Source of the DNA: an uncultured delta proteobacterium
GTDB lineage: Bacteria; Desulfobacterota; BSN033; UBA1163
Assembly: GCA_963708295.1 (NCBI GenBank)
Contig: CAVPSJ010000011.1
Span: forward strand, 160,001-224,000
Direction: 5' to 3'
DNA: 64,000 nt
Shown here: in pieces, positions 31,919 to 41,817 of the stretch
Position numbering within the stretch: position 1 is the stretch's first letter
Layout of the letters: the number at the start of each line of letters is the position of its first letter
Notes under the pieces: generated by a model
The model's input: only the letters and a program-made list of their open reading frames with translations
What the model was told of the DNA's origin: nothing
Database searches by the model: none
Program-made: the position numbers and the translations under genes

Positions 31919-33379
31919 TTATCTTCCCCCCTGAATCTTCGCCTTGATCTTGAACCTCTCCTTTTCTTTGTTTCCTTCGCCTCTCATCTGGCTCTCCTTC
32001 GTCACAGGAGCCAGGAATTCCACCTTTTCGAAGAGAGGAGATCGATCAAGAAGAGGAATCAAATCAGAAGCCGAATCTGCAAATCCACTCAGCTCTATTT
32101 CTTTGCCGTTGTATTTAAGGTTCCAGGCCCAGGTCGTGTCCGGCAAAAGCCGGGTCAACTCGTCCAGGACCGCTACCTTACTGATCTCGCCGGACCGGAT
32201 CTGATTGAGCTCTACCATTTCTTTCCGATAATCGTCTCTCTGCTTTTGCAGCTTTTCAAGCGCCTCTACCGCTGGCCTTCTCTTTCTGATCTCGGCATTG
32301 ACCGCTTCCGATTCTTTCCTATAATGCATGAAAGCACCCGCTCCCCACGTCAAGCCAAGAAACAGGGCCAGAGAAGTCAAAATGATCAAGAGAGGTTTTC
32401 CAATTTGCCTTGCCTTTTTTCTCATCTCAACCGGAAGGAGATCGAGGTCGATCCGAGTATTGATTAATCCCCTGAGGGGAACGCCGATGGAAGCATAAAT
32501 CCTCGCGGATTCCGATCTCTCCTTCGCCCCTCGAATTCGATCCATGGGAGGGAGCAAAACGCTCTTGAGTTGACCGGTTTCCCTGAGGCTCGCCAGAATG
32601 CTTTCATCGACGCCTCGTCCGTAAACAAAGAAAGTGGAATTTGCAGGGGGGGAAGCGTCCCCCGACCGCTCAAAGGTGCTGATGATCTTTGCCTCTTTCC
32701 TATCTTTTGGGAGGGGCAGACGGAGGCTCTCCTTCCAATCCGTTCCCCGGACGAGATTCATCTCAAAGAAAGGATCTGCGACATCGACCAGCACCGAGGT
32801 TTCCTCCCCGATGTCCCCTTTGTTGTAGAAGAAAAGATTGAGGGCCGCGGCAGAGGGAATTTGGATTGAGATCGGTTGGATCCCGATTTTCTTCAAAAGG
32901 GACACGTAGCTATCCACATCCGTCTTCCTGGCAAATACGACAAAAAGATGAAGCCAATCCTTTTCTTCCTTGAGAAGGCAATAGTCGAAATAGGTCTCCC
33001 CTTTGTCAAAGGGGGTGTATTTGGGCATCTCGTATTCCAGCACTTTTCTCAGGTTTTCTTTTGCGGCAAAGGGAAGCTTCATGAAGCGGGCGATCACTTT
33101 TTCCCTCGGGATTGCAGCGCACACCCTTTCTCTCTTGATGTGATGTTTGGAAATGAAGGTATTGACCAGATTGATAATTTGACTCTCCCAGTCTTCCTTC
33201 TGAGTTTCTGGAGGGATTGGGTTGACTTCGTAATCCACTAGGTTGATCCGCGCGAAAGACCTCCTGAGAAGAGTCAAAACAAGATGATCTGGCTTGAAAT
33301 CAATCCCCAAACTCTCCTCAGATATCATCCTCGGGACAAATTCCCACCACTCTTTTGCAAAATCCTTTAATCCATTCAT
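31919..33379 (-). CDS. gspL: T2SS GspL (PilM/PilN-like) protein
   Basis: Actin-like N-terminus (LGIDF), TM and PilN-like C-terminus. Confidence 0.75.
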   Translation of the reverse strand: MNGLKDFAKEWWEFVPRMISEESLGIDFKPDHLVLTLLRRSFARINLVDYEVNPIPPETQKEDWESQIINLVNTFISKHHIKRERVCAAIPREKVIARFMKLPFAAKENLRKVLEYEMPKYTPFDKGETYFDYCLLKEEKDWLHLFVVFARKTDVDSYVSLLKKIGIQPISIQIPSAAALNLFFYNKGDIGEETSVLVDVADPFFEMNLVRGTDWKESLRLPLPKDRKEAKIISTFERSGDASPPANSTFFVYGRGVDESILASLRETGQLKSVLLPPMDRIRGAKERSESARIYASIGVPLRGLINTRIDLDLLPVEMRKKARQIGKPLLIILTSLALFLGLTWGAGAFMHYRKESEAVNAEIRKRRPAVEALEKLQKQRDDYRKEMVELNQIRSGEISKVAVLDELTRLLPDTTWAWNLKYNGKEIELSGFADSASDLIPLLDRSPLFEKVEFLAPVTKESQMRGEGNKEKERFKIKAKIQGGR

Positions 33380-33406
33380 CCGGCGCTCACAATGCTTCCC
33401 CCATGG

Positions 33407-34462
33407 TCAAATGAGGGCATCCACCCATTGAATGACTTTATATCCTTTTTTATCCATCCGATCAATTTTGACGATCGCCTTCAGCCCCCGGACAGCCCCA
33501 TCTTTGCTTTTCCCGCGAGACTCAATGGTATAGTAAACCGACGTCAATGCCGATGTACTTGAGAATACCAGGCGCCCCGGCACCCCCGCGATAAACGGGT
33601 TAAGTTCGGGGACCCTCTGGAGAAGATCCTGTTGATTCTGAAACTCTTTCTCTTCCCGGGCCTTCAGGGTGGCTTTCGACACTCCCATGGGAAGCCCCAA
33701 GGCAGCCCTCAGCACCGGTAAGGAAACGCTGTTGATATCAACCTGTTCTCCGGGGGCGTATACAGAGAAAACCTCTTTTAATCCGACATCGGGTGCCTTC
33801 ATCTCATCCTCTCCTGCACTCGCCCCTTTCTTTCCATAAAATAGTTCAGGAGTGACTCCCCGGACAAGGAGAAGTTCCTCGATCGAGTCCAGATTGCCAT
33901 TCTTGCAGCGATAGGGTTCTTTCAAAGACTGATAATAGTCATTCTCCGCCCCATTGATCCGGAGGAAATCATCCGGGTCTCTCCAGTCCAGGATGGAGTC
34001 CACCACGGCATCCCGCTTTTCCGCCTCCAAGCCCAGATTCCCGACCAGCTTTCGAAGCATCGCCTCAGAGACCGCGTTGATATTGATCTTTCCCGCCTCG
34101 CTCATGATCCGGAGCTCGCATTCCCCGTGATCAAATGGGAGAGCATACGGTCTCCCGTCCGGCACCCAATCCTTGTTCTCCGGAACAGTTTCTTCCGTCT
34201 TCATGGTCTTTTTCAGTTGTTGAACTCTTGGGTCATGTTTCAGAATCAGCTCTGCAATGGCTCGCTGGACCCCTCCTTGCGCCACGTTGTACAGCTGAAG
34301 CTCTTCCTTAAAGTTCTTGGTGATATTGACTTCCGTTCGCATGGCAAAGCTGAATTCCAGTACCACCACGGTGAGAATGGTAATGATCCACAAAACCATG
34401 ATCAGGGCAACCCCCCTCGATGTTCGGGGTCGGATATTCGGAACTCGGAATTTCAATTTCAT
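33407..34462 (-). CDS. gspK: T2SS minor pseudopilin GspK
   Basis: RG/VALIMVLW, GKININ, DWRDPDD and ELLLVRG motifs. Confidence 0.9.
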   Translation of the reverse strand: MKLKFRVPNIRPRTSRGVALIMVLWIITILTVVVLEFSFAMRTEVNITKNFKEELQLYNVAQGGVQRAIAELILKHDPRVQQLKKTMKTEETVPENKDWVPDGRPYALPFDHGECELRIMSEAGKININAVSEAMLRKLVGNLGLEAEKRDAVVDSILDWRDPDDFLRINGAENDYYQSLKEPYRCKNGNLDSIEELLLVRGVTPELFYGKKGASAGEDEMKAPDVGLKEVFSVYAPGEQVDINSVSLPVLRAALGLPMGVSKATLKAREEKEFQNQQDLLQRVPELNPFIAGVPGRLVFSSTSALTSVYYTIESRGKSKDGAVRGLKAIVKIDRMDKKGYKVIQWVDALI

Positions 34463-34477
34463 GCCATCGTCTCGGAG

Positions 34478-35272
34478 CTAAGGTCTCTGAATCGTCTTTC
34501 GTTGCAATCCGCCCTGACCTCCCAATCCCATCGGACCCGTCTTCGTCTCTTCGAACTGGTAAGCTGAAATCGAAGCGAGGACAGTGATCGGGGGGGCCTC
34601 TTCTTTGTCTCTTTCATTCCAGTAGGTGACCGTCATTCGAAGGGCCTTCGGCAACTCCTTCTCCTCCTTCGCATTCCATTCCTCGACCCACTCTTCCGAA
34701 CGGTTCTTCTCCGTGTCCGCTTCCCTGTAATATTTAAAACTGATCTGCGAGATACCTTCAAAAAGCGTCACGGCGGAGTCTTCTTTCAGGTCCTCTTCGA
34801 AGAAATCCTTATTCAAGGCCTTCTCCTCATAAAGAATGAACCGCCCCTTCTTCCCCCCCTCGTCCTTAAATTGATAAACCACATAGACAAACCCTTCCGG
34901 CCGTCTTGCCTTGATGGGCAGGGCGGACACGAATCTTAGGGAATGGGCTTTCCCATCGAAAGCAAGGTAATTTCCTTCTGCCTTTTCGGTCTTTATTTTA
35001 TAGGGAACAGCCGATTTGATCTGCCGGGATACCAATTGTGAAATCATCCGGATTTTCTGGTAATCTTCCTTGATGGCATCCCCTTTCTCCCAGGAAGAAA
35101 GGCCAAGACGAAAAGTCCCGGAAACCATCAGAAGGATGAACACCAGAATGGTCAGAGCCACGATTACTTCGATCAGGGTGAATCCCAATGACCTCCCTGT
35201 GTTGGCGCCCGAGACACTCGCCCTTTTCTTTGATTTTTCAACCGGTTTCTCTTGACCCATCAGCTGTCTCAA
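34478..35272 (-). CDS. gspJ: T2SS pseudopilin GspJ
   Basis: GFTLIE prepilin motif and C-terminal W...LPKAL. Confidence 0.8.
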   Translation of the reverse strand: MRQLMGQEKPVEKSKKRASVSGANTGRSLGFTLIEVIVALTILVFILLMVSGTFRLGLSSWEKGDAIKEDYQKIRMISQLVSRQIKSAVPYKIKTEKAEGNYLAFDGKAHSLRFVSALPIKARRPEGFVYVVYQFKDEGGKKGRFILYEEKALNKDFFEEDLKEDSAVTLFEGISQISFKYYREADTEKNRSEEWVEEWNAKEEKELPKALRMTVTYWNERDKEEAPPITVLASISAYQFEETKTGPMGLGGQGGLQRKTIQRP

Positions 35273-35278
35273 CTCCCA

Positions 35279-35713
35279 TTAACTCTTTTTCGCACCCTCA
35301 TCATCGGGTTTGATCGCCCTGAAAGATTCTATGCTCGCAGACTTTTCCTTAGCCCCAGATTTCCAGAAGATATCGATCTTGACCTGGAAAAGATCGATAG
35401 GAGGTTTGTAGTCGACGCTCTTATCGATGGAAAGAAGATCCACCTTTTTGACCCCGACTTGCCATCGGAACGCTCCGTCGTCAGACTCCCCCTCCTCGAT
35501 CCCTTCCTGAACCGAAGGTTTCAATGTCACCTCTTCCATTTTCATCCGTGCATAATTGACAGCTTTCGTATATTCCATAGAAGCTCTCGCCAGACGTAAA
35601 CCGCCTGAAAAGAGTTCGATGATCACTGTTAACCCCACCCCTAAGATGGCAAGGGCAACCACCACCTCGATCAATGTGAACCCTTTGTTTCGACTGGATC
35701 GGCGAATGTTCAT
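35279..35713 (-). CDS. gspI: T2SS pseudopilin GspI
   Basis: KGFTLIEVVVAL; synteny. Confidence 0.8.
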   Translation of the reverse strand: MNIRRSSRNKGFTLIEVVVALAILGVGLTVIIELFSGGLRLARASMEYTKAVNYARMKMEEVTLKPSVQEGIEEGESDDGAFRWQVGVKKVDLLSIDKSVDYKPPIDLFQVKIDIFWKSGAKEKSASIESFRAIKPDDEGAKKS

Positions 35714-35795
35714 TGCGTGACCAAACTTTAAGTTTTGAGTTTTTGATTCAACGCCTAAAACTCAACCCTCATCATTCAAAACTATTTTTCCCCGT

Positions 35796-36296
35796 TCACT
35801 GTTCGATCGCTACCGCTCCTGTGATGAAATGGATCTTGATTCTGTATCCTTTTCTCTCCTGGCTATCGAGAAGGACCGAGCCTCCATTCGAACCTCCGTT
35901 GGGGTAGAATTCAACCGCCGGGAGGTCGCAGGGGTACTCCGGAGCAGGAAAATCGAACTCTTTCATCCGAACACCCTCGGGGAGTCCGTAAAGGGTTTTA
36001 GCGCCCTCCCCTCCCTTCTTTTCACCCGCTTCCTTCTCAATAGCTGGCTCCGCTAAAGATATCGATTGAACCTTCACGACCTTCGATTCAGAATCAAACA
36101 GAACCTGATAGACCAATCCCTTGTTAATGGCCTCACTTCGGTAGTAGCGGAGGATACCTGAAACCTTTTTGGCTGCTGCTTTTAACTCGATCGTTCTCGA
36201 CAGGTTCGACATAGACGACGTTACCAAAGAGGCAGACAGAACAAGGATGGTCAGAACGATGATCACCTCCATCAATGAAAAACCCTTGTTCTTCAT
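35796..36296 (-). CDS. gspH: T2SS pseudopilin GspH
   Basis: KGFSLME and FYPNGGSNGG motifs. Confidence 0.8.
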   Translation of the reverse strand: MKNKGFSLMEVIIVLTILVLSASLVTSSMSNLSRTIELKAAAKKVSGILRYYRSEAINKGLVYQVLFDSESKVVKVQSISLAEPAIEKEAGEKKGGEGAKTLYGLPEGVRMKEFDFPAPEYPCDLPAVEFYPNGGSNGGSVLLDSQERKGYRIKIHFITGAVAIEQ

Positions 36297-36730
36297 CTGC
36301 CGATATCCTTCCAGCTGACGACATCCAGATTTTCGCCTTCCCCCCCTTCTGCACCGTCGAGACCGTAGGTGAGAAGATCATAATCGCCGTGTTCGCCCGG
36401 GCATTTATAGATATAGGGTTTTCCCCAGGGGTCGACGGGGATCTCTTTGGGGAGATACGGACCCTGCCACGCCTCCGCTCCGGAAGGTTTTTCCCGAAGG
36501 GCCTTCAATCCCTCTTCCACCGTCGGATATCTGCCCACATCGAGCCGGAATGTGTCCAGAGCGGTGCCGAACATCTCAATCTGCGCTTTGGCGGCCTTTT
36601 GTTTTGCCACGCTGACCTTCCCAAACAGTCTCGGTCCCACCAGGGCAGCCAGCAAACCCAGGATGGTGATGACCACAAGGATCTCGAAGAGGGTGAAACC
36701 CCGTTGTTTTTGTTTCATGTCGGACATCAT
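36293..36730 (-). CDS. gspG: T2SS major pseudopilin GspG
   Basis: RGFTLFE, GRYPT, WQGPYL and DPWG motifs. Confidence 0.93.
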   Translation of the reverse strand: MMSDMKQKQRGFTLFEILVVITILGLLAALVGPRLFGKVSVAKQKAAKAQIEMFGTALDTFRLDVGRYPTVEEGLKALREKPSGAEAWQGPYLPKEIPVDPWGKPYIYKCPGEHGDYDLLTYGLDGAEGGEGENLDVVSWKDIGR

Positions 36731-36754
36731 CTTCTCTTCTCCTTTTGGCATCGA

Positions 36755-37969
36755 TTAAAAAGGAAGATCGTTCACACTGAGTATCGCCCAGAGAATCGAG
36801 ACCACAATGAATAGAATCACCCCTCCCATGAACAGGATGATCAGGGGCTCCAACAAGGAGACGAACCGCTTCACGGCGGTCCGAACATTTTCCTCGTAGG
36901 CCTCCGCCACTTTGATCAACATCTGGTCGAGAGTCCCGGTCTCCTCTCCCACACTGATCATGTGGATCGCCAGGGGGGGGAACACCCCGGTCTCCTCCAT
37001 CGATTTGGAGACCCCTTTTCCTTCTCTCAGCCGATCGTGGACGTGGGCGATCGATCTTGAAATCGCCAGATTTTGCGAAATCTCTTTGACGAGATTAAAG
37101 GCCGGGAGAATGGAGACGCCACTCTGCAGCAGGGTTCCCAGCGTCCTTGCAAACCGTGCCATCTCCATTTTCTTGATGAGATCCCCCACGACCATCCATC
37201 TCAGCTTGGCCCGGTCCCATCTCCACTTCCTTTCCTCGTCTTTTGTATAAGCCTTGAGCCCGAAGTAAATCAGCAATACCGCTCCCACGCCAGCCCACCA
37301 GTAATCCCTTACCAGCTGGCTGAACGTCAGGACAATCTGCGTCGGCAAGGGGATGGTCTGTTTGATGTCGGAAAATATCCTTGCAAATCTTGGTATCACA
37401 AAAGTAACCAGAACGGTGATGGAGATCCCTGTGACAACGGTCAATATCAGGGGATAAATCATCACGGAAATCAAATGGTCCCTAATCTCTTTCATCCCTT
37501 CAAGATATTGCGCCAGCCGGGACAGGATCGTCTCCAGAAAGCCTCCCGACTCTCCCGCCCTGATCATATTGATGTAGAGCTTGGGAAAGACGCGCGAGTG
37601 GTTTCCCATTGCCTCGGCCAATGAATTGCCCCCCTCTACTTTTTTCAACACATCTTTCACCGTCTCTCGCAAGGTAACATTTTCCGTGAGTGTTCCCAGG
37701 ATATTGAGACTCCGGTCGAGGGGTAAACCCGCTGAGATGAGCGTAGAAAGCTCCTGCGTGAAGGCGAGCAGGTTCTTAACCCCGACCCGCTGTCGCAAGA
37801 AAGGGGGGAGACGGAGGCCTGTTCCTTTTTCCTGGTGGGAGGTAATTCGGATGGGGATATACCCTAATTGGTGGAGATTCTGGATGATCGCTTCTTCATC
37901 CTTCCCATCCATTGCCCCTTCAACGGTTTGCCCCTTCAAGGTGGTCGCTTTGTAAAGATACTCTGCCAT
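36755..37969 (-). CDS. gspF: T2SS inner-membrane platform protein GspF
   Basis: AGESGG, VGEETG and LLEP motifs. Confidence 0.92.
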   Translation of the reverse strand: MAEYLYKATTLKGQTVEGAMDGKDEEAIIQNLHQLGYIPIRITSHQEKGTGLRLPPFLRQRVGVKNLLAFTQELSTLISAGLPLDRSLNILGTLTENVTLRETVKDVLKKVEGGNSLAEAMGNHSRVFPKLYINMIRAGESGGFLETILSRLAQYLEGMKEIRDHLISVMIYPLILTVVTGISITVLVTFVIPRFARIFSDIKQTIPLPTQIVLTFSQLVRDYWWAGVGAVLLIYFGLKAYTKDEERKWRWDRAKLRWMVVGDLIKKMEMARFARTLGTLLQSGVSILPAFNLVKEISQNLAISRSIAHVHDRLREGKGVSKSMEETGVFPPLAIHMISVGEETGTLDQMLIKVAEAYEENVRTAVKRFVSLLEPLIILFMGGVILFIVVSILWAILSVNDLPF

Positions 37970-37973
37970 ACGG

Positions 37974-39680
37974 TTAAAGCACTTCCTCTTGTGTGACGCG
38001 CAAGACTTCGGAGATGGTGGTAACTCCCTGCTTCACTTTTAACCATCCGTCCTCTCTCAGCGTTCTCAAGCCATTTTTTCGAGCCGCTTCCTTGATGATA
38101 TTCGAATCTTTCTTCCCCAGGATAAGCTTCTGGACATCGTCGGTCATCTTAAGAAACTCATAAATCCCCGTTCGCCCCCAATATCCCGTGTTAGAGCATT
38201 TGTCGCAACCTTTCACTTCTGAAACCTTAAGACCCGCAAGGTCCGAGCTGTTGAGCTTCATCTCTTTCAGGACTCCAGAGGAGGGTGAATAGGGTACCCG
38301 GCAGAAAGGGCAGGCAACCCTCACGAGTCGCTGTGCCAATATTCCGATGACGGTGGAAGAGAGGAGATAATCTTCCGTTCCCATATCGATGAGTCGTGTG
38401 ATGGCGCTGGGGGCATCATTCGTATGGAGGGTGGTGAGGACCAGGTGTCCGGTCAGGGCGGAATGAATGGCGATTTCAGCCGTCTCGGCATCCCGGATCT
38501 CACCGATGAGGATGACATCCGGATCCTGACGGACAATCGATCGCAAGGAATTGGCAAAGGTTAACCCGATCGCAGGCTTAACCTGAATCTGATTGATCCC
38601 TCTCAATTGATACTCTACCGGATCTTCTACGGTGATGATCTTTTTATCAGGGGAGTTGATCTTTTCCAGAGCGCAGTAAAGGGTGGTCGTCTTTCCGCTC
38701 CCTGTGGGACCTGTGACAAGTATGATTCCATGAGGTCTCTGGATGAGGTCTCTGAACCCGTCCATCGTATCTTCCGGAAAACCTAATTTCTCGATGTCCA
38801 GAACGATGCTGCTTTTATCGAGAATCCGTAAAACGATGCTTTCCCCGTGAATCGTCGGAATCGAGGAAACCCTGAAATCGATCTCCTTCCCTTTGACCCG
38901 AAGCATGATCCGCCCGTCCTGGGGAAGACGTCTCTCTGCAATGTTCAATTTGGCCATGATTTTAACACGGGAAACGATGGCTGACTGGAGGCGTTTGGGA
39001 GGGGATTCTACATCGTGAAGCACTCCGTCGATTCGATACCGAACCCTAAACTGCTCCTCGAAAGGTTCAAAGTGGATGTCACTCGCCCGCAGTTCAATCG
39101 CCCGGGTAATGATCAGGTTGACGAGGCGGATCACAGGCCCTTCAGAGGCCATATCCCGCAAGTGGTCAATATTTTCCTCATCTTCTTCCCGATATTCCGG
39201 TACGGCCTCCGTGTCCTCGATAATCTTCTCCATCGACGTCGCGCCCGCCCCGTAAGATCGCTCGATGGCCTCTACGATTTCATTCTCCCGTCCCGCAAGC
39301 ACATGAATCTCAAAATTCGTCGCTAGCCGGATGGCATCGATTGTATAAAAGTCGAGAGGGTTGTTCATGATGACCGTTAACGTGTTATCCGACAAGCGAG
39401 AGGGGACAAATTTTGACTCTTTCATGAATTGGATCGACAGGTAATCGAACAATATGGGTTCCTTTGGAAAATCGTCTTTGGACGCAAAAGGGACTCCAAA
39501 GAATTCTTCTGCGGCTGAGCGAAGCTGTTCCGGGCTAAGAAGTCCGGCGTTGACCAGCTGTTCTTCGACAGAAAGGTCCCCGATGGGCTGATTTGGAGAA
39601 AGGACCTTTTCCAAATCTTCTTTCTCGATCAATCCCTTTTCAACGAGGTAATACGCAATCCGGGATCCTATGTTATCCAT
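37974..39680 (-). CDS. gspE: T2SS ATPase GspE
   Basis: ASDIHFE, GPTGSGKTT, EDPVEY, RQDPD, LTGH and tetracysteine motif. Confidence 0.95.
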   Translation of the reverse strand: MDNIGSRIAYYLVEKGLIEKEDLEKVLSPNQPIGDLSVEEQLVNAGLLSPEQLRSAAEEFFGVPFASKDDFPKEPILFDYLSIQFMKESKFVPSRLSDNTLTVIMNNPLDFYTIDAIRLATNFEIHVLAGRENEIVEAIERSYGAGATSMEKIIEDTEAVPEYREEDEENIDHLRDMASEGPVIRLVNLIITRAIELRASDIHFEPFEEQFRVRYRIDGVLHDVESPPKRLQSAIVSRVKIMAKLNIAERRLPQDGRIMLRVKGKEIDFRVSSIPTIHGESIVLRILDKSSIVLDIEKLGFPEDTMDGFRDLIQRPHGIILVTGPTGSGKTTTLYCALEKINSPDKKIITVEDPVEYQLRGINQIQVKPAIGLTFANSLRSIVRQDPDVILIGEIRDAETAEIAIHSALTGHLVLTTLHTNDAPSAITRLIDMGTEDYLLSSTVIGILAQRLVRVACPFCRVPYSPSSGVLKEMKLNSSDLAGLKVSEVKGCDKCSNTGYWGRTGIYEFLKMTDDVQKLILGKKDSNIIKEAARKNGLRTLREDGWLKVKQGVTTISEVLRVTQEEVL

Positions 39681-39691
39681 TTCCCCTTTGC

Positions 39692-40519
39692 TTACATCAC
39701 TGTTAAATCGCAGAGATACAGGACCAAGGTATCGAAGATCGATTCGTGTCGATGGTTATACCGAAATTCCATCTCCTTCAAATAAAATGGGAATTTTTGT
39801 TCCGAAATACCGTGAAATTTGTTCATTCTCTCCTTCGCGTAGCTCCAGAAGCCGTTCGCACCATTCATATGAACACCGCTCCTGCTGAATTTTCTCCCGT
39901 AATCGACGGCGAAATGTTTGTAGCCGGAAAAAATCAACGCGTCATAACTTCCCCATCTGTCCGTGTAAATAACCGAACCTCTTCGGCCGGTCTCTACGCC
40001 CAGGTTGAGAACGGCCTCCGCACTCAGGTCTTGAAGGGGTTCTACTTTTACGAACCCTTTCCTTTCAAGGATACCGAAAACAGGCACTTTGGTTTTGGAA
40101 TCCCGATTCTCAACAGAGGTTCCCCTGCCTTCCCCGTCCAGCAATGAGTCGGAATCCCCGGAATGGGCGATGATCGACTGCCGGATGAGGTGAAACGCCT
40201 TGTGCACCGTGGGATAAGAGACCCCCGATTGCTGAGAAGCCTCCCTGGCCGAGATCCCCAATTCAAATAATTTGATCAGCCAGACCCAGTCTGGAGGTGG
40301 GAGTTTAACCTTATTGATCCATCTTCCTGTAAAATCAGAGAATTCATAATCGCACTGACCGCAACGGTATCGATCCCGCCGGATCCGATAAATTTTCTTT
40401 GTTTTGCAACGTATGCAAAAACGGACATCACTTTTCCAGCAAGCCTTAACGAGATATCGCTTAATACTCCCTTCGCCCCTTACGTTGAGTTTAAACGACT
40501 TCAGATTCATAATACTCAT
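39692..40519 (-). CDS. IS1595-family transposase-derived protein with altered catalytic motifs
   Basis: CxxC...CxxC zinc ribbon, HTH, KVPVFGILER, YTD, GFWSYAK and YLKEMEFRYN are present; E[LV]DE is absent. Confidence 0.8.
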   Translation of the reverse strand: MSIMNLKSFKLNVRGEGSIKRYLVKACWKSDVRFCIRCKTKKIYRIRRDRYRCGQCDYEFSDFTGRWINKVKLPPPDWVWLIKLFELGISAREASQQSGVSYPTVHKAFHLIRQSIIAHSGDSDSLLDGEGRGTSVENRDSKTKVPVFGILERKGFVKVEPLQDLSAEAVLNLGVETGRRGSVIYTDRWGSYDALIFSGYKHFAVDYGRKFSRSGVHMNGANGFWSYAKERMNKFHGISEQKFPFYLKEMEFRYNHRHESIFDTLVLYLCDLTVM

Positions 40520-40756
40520 ACCATTTTTCTCTTTTGCTGGCAAATCTTTTATAATACCACCATTTTCCGATAGATATCCATTCAAGGAAATGAGGTGAAG
40601 ACAGTATTTTCTGTAGAAAAATACCCTATTCCCAGTATGAGGCGCTAGACACCCCTTCTATGCAACGGTCAGGCTTTTAACTCCCTCTTTGGCAAAAACC
40701 CCTTACTCACCTTCCCCTCGACAAAGGTCTCTTACCTGTCTCCCCTTTGGCAAAGG

Positions 40757-40839
40757 GAGGGTGTGGAAAAATTGATTTGGCTCTTTTTCATGTCATTCCA
40801 GCCCCGTCCTACAACGGGGCAAACTCCAGCCGGAATCCA
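40757..40839. repeat. Partial REP/MITE-like element
   Basis: GAGGGTGTGGAAAAAT end plus GTCATTCC...AAACTCCAGCCGGAATCCA, related to 49051-49210. Confidence 0.6.
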
Positions 40840-41034
40840 TTGTTTTTATTATGACATGACGAACTGACCGGGCCCCGGGCAATCTGATGTCAAAAAGAGA
40901 GGCCCCTTAGACGGCTGATGTTGTAGTATATTTCTTAAATCGTGCCGAAAACGATCCATCCATGGATACAGGTCTCCGCCCTTGAGTGAAGGGCAACCCC
41001 AAGGAATCAAAGTGAGAAATGAGGTGGGAACTTT

Positions 41035-41817
41035 TCAATTCCCGATGAGTTGGATGAGCGCTTTGGCGTCTTTGTATCCGGGGAAAACTCTGCCATCGGG
41101 CAGGATTATAGCGGGAACACTCGTAATACCTAGCTTTTCAGCGAGCTTTATATTTTCGTCAATCGCTAACGTCTCGCATTTTGATTTAGGGATTGCCTTC
41201 TTCTCAAAAGCATCTTCAAGGAGTGCAAGGGACTTTTCGCAAACAATAGACTTTGATTTCTCGTAGGCCTCGGGATGATTCTTGAGGGGAAACAGTTTTA
41301 TATAGAAGGCAATATCTTTTCTTTCTCCGAGGGTCTTCTTCATCTCCTGATGAAGTTTTGAACAGTAGGGTCAGTCAGGGTCGGTAAAGACAATCACCCG
41401 AATCCTGGCCTTTTCATCACCCATCACCAAGGCATCGTGAAGGGGTATCTGTGATACATCAACTTTATTGAGTTCTACAAGTTTTTCCTGGGTTAGATTT
41501 TTCCTTTCTGCTATCGAAACCAACGCACCCGAAAAAAAATGCTTCTTGAGAAAATCGACATAGACGATTCCCTTCCGGCCCCTCGATTCTAAGTCCACCT
41601 CCCAGACTCCTTTTACAGGGCTGAGTCGAACATCGAGAATGACTACATCCGGGATGAGATTTTTCAGGAGATCCTTGGCTTCATCTTTGTTCAGCGTGTG
41701 ACATTTTGAACACTCCTGGCCTCTTGTTTCAAAAGCGTGAGCGTTGGCCAACGGGAAGAGACAGAGTAGGAATATAAAGCCAGCAAAGAGTTGTCGAAAC
41801 ATGGTTTTTCTTAACAT
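41035..41817 (-). CDS. dsbC: DsbC-like thiol:disulfide isomerase, predicted selenoprotein (UPYC) with an N-terminal CxxCH motif
   Basis: ORFs 41371-41877 and 41035-41343 share a frame and read FTDPD-TGA-PYC; cis-Pro loop GITSVP; SECIS-like hairpin follows the TGA. Confidence 0.85.
41338..41355 (-). promoter_or_regulatory. Putative bacterial SECIS hairpin
   Basis: CTTCATC-AGGA-GATGAAG, a perfect 7-bp stem whose loop starts 22 nt after the in-frame TGA. Confidence 0.7.

Noticed and set aside
41371-41373. DsbC as a nonsense pseudogene
   Set aside because: The TGA sits exactly at the catalytic Cys, the downstream frame is intact and a SECIS-like hairpin follows, so selenocysteine is the better explanation
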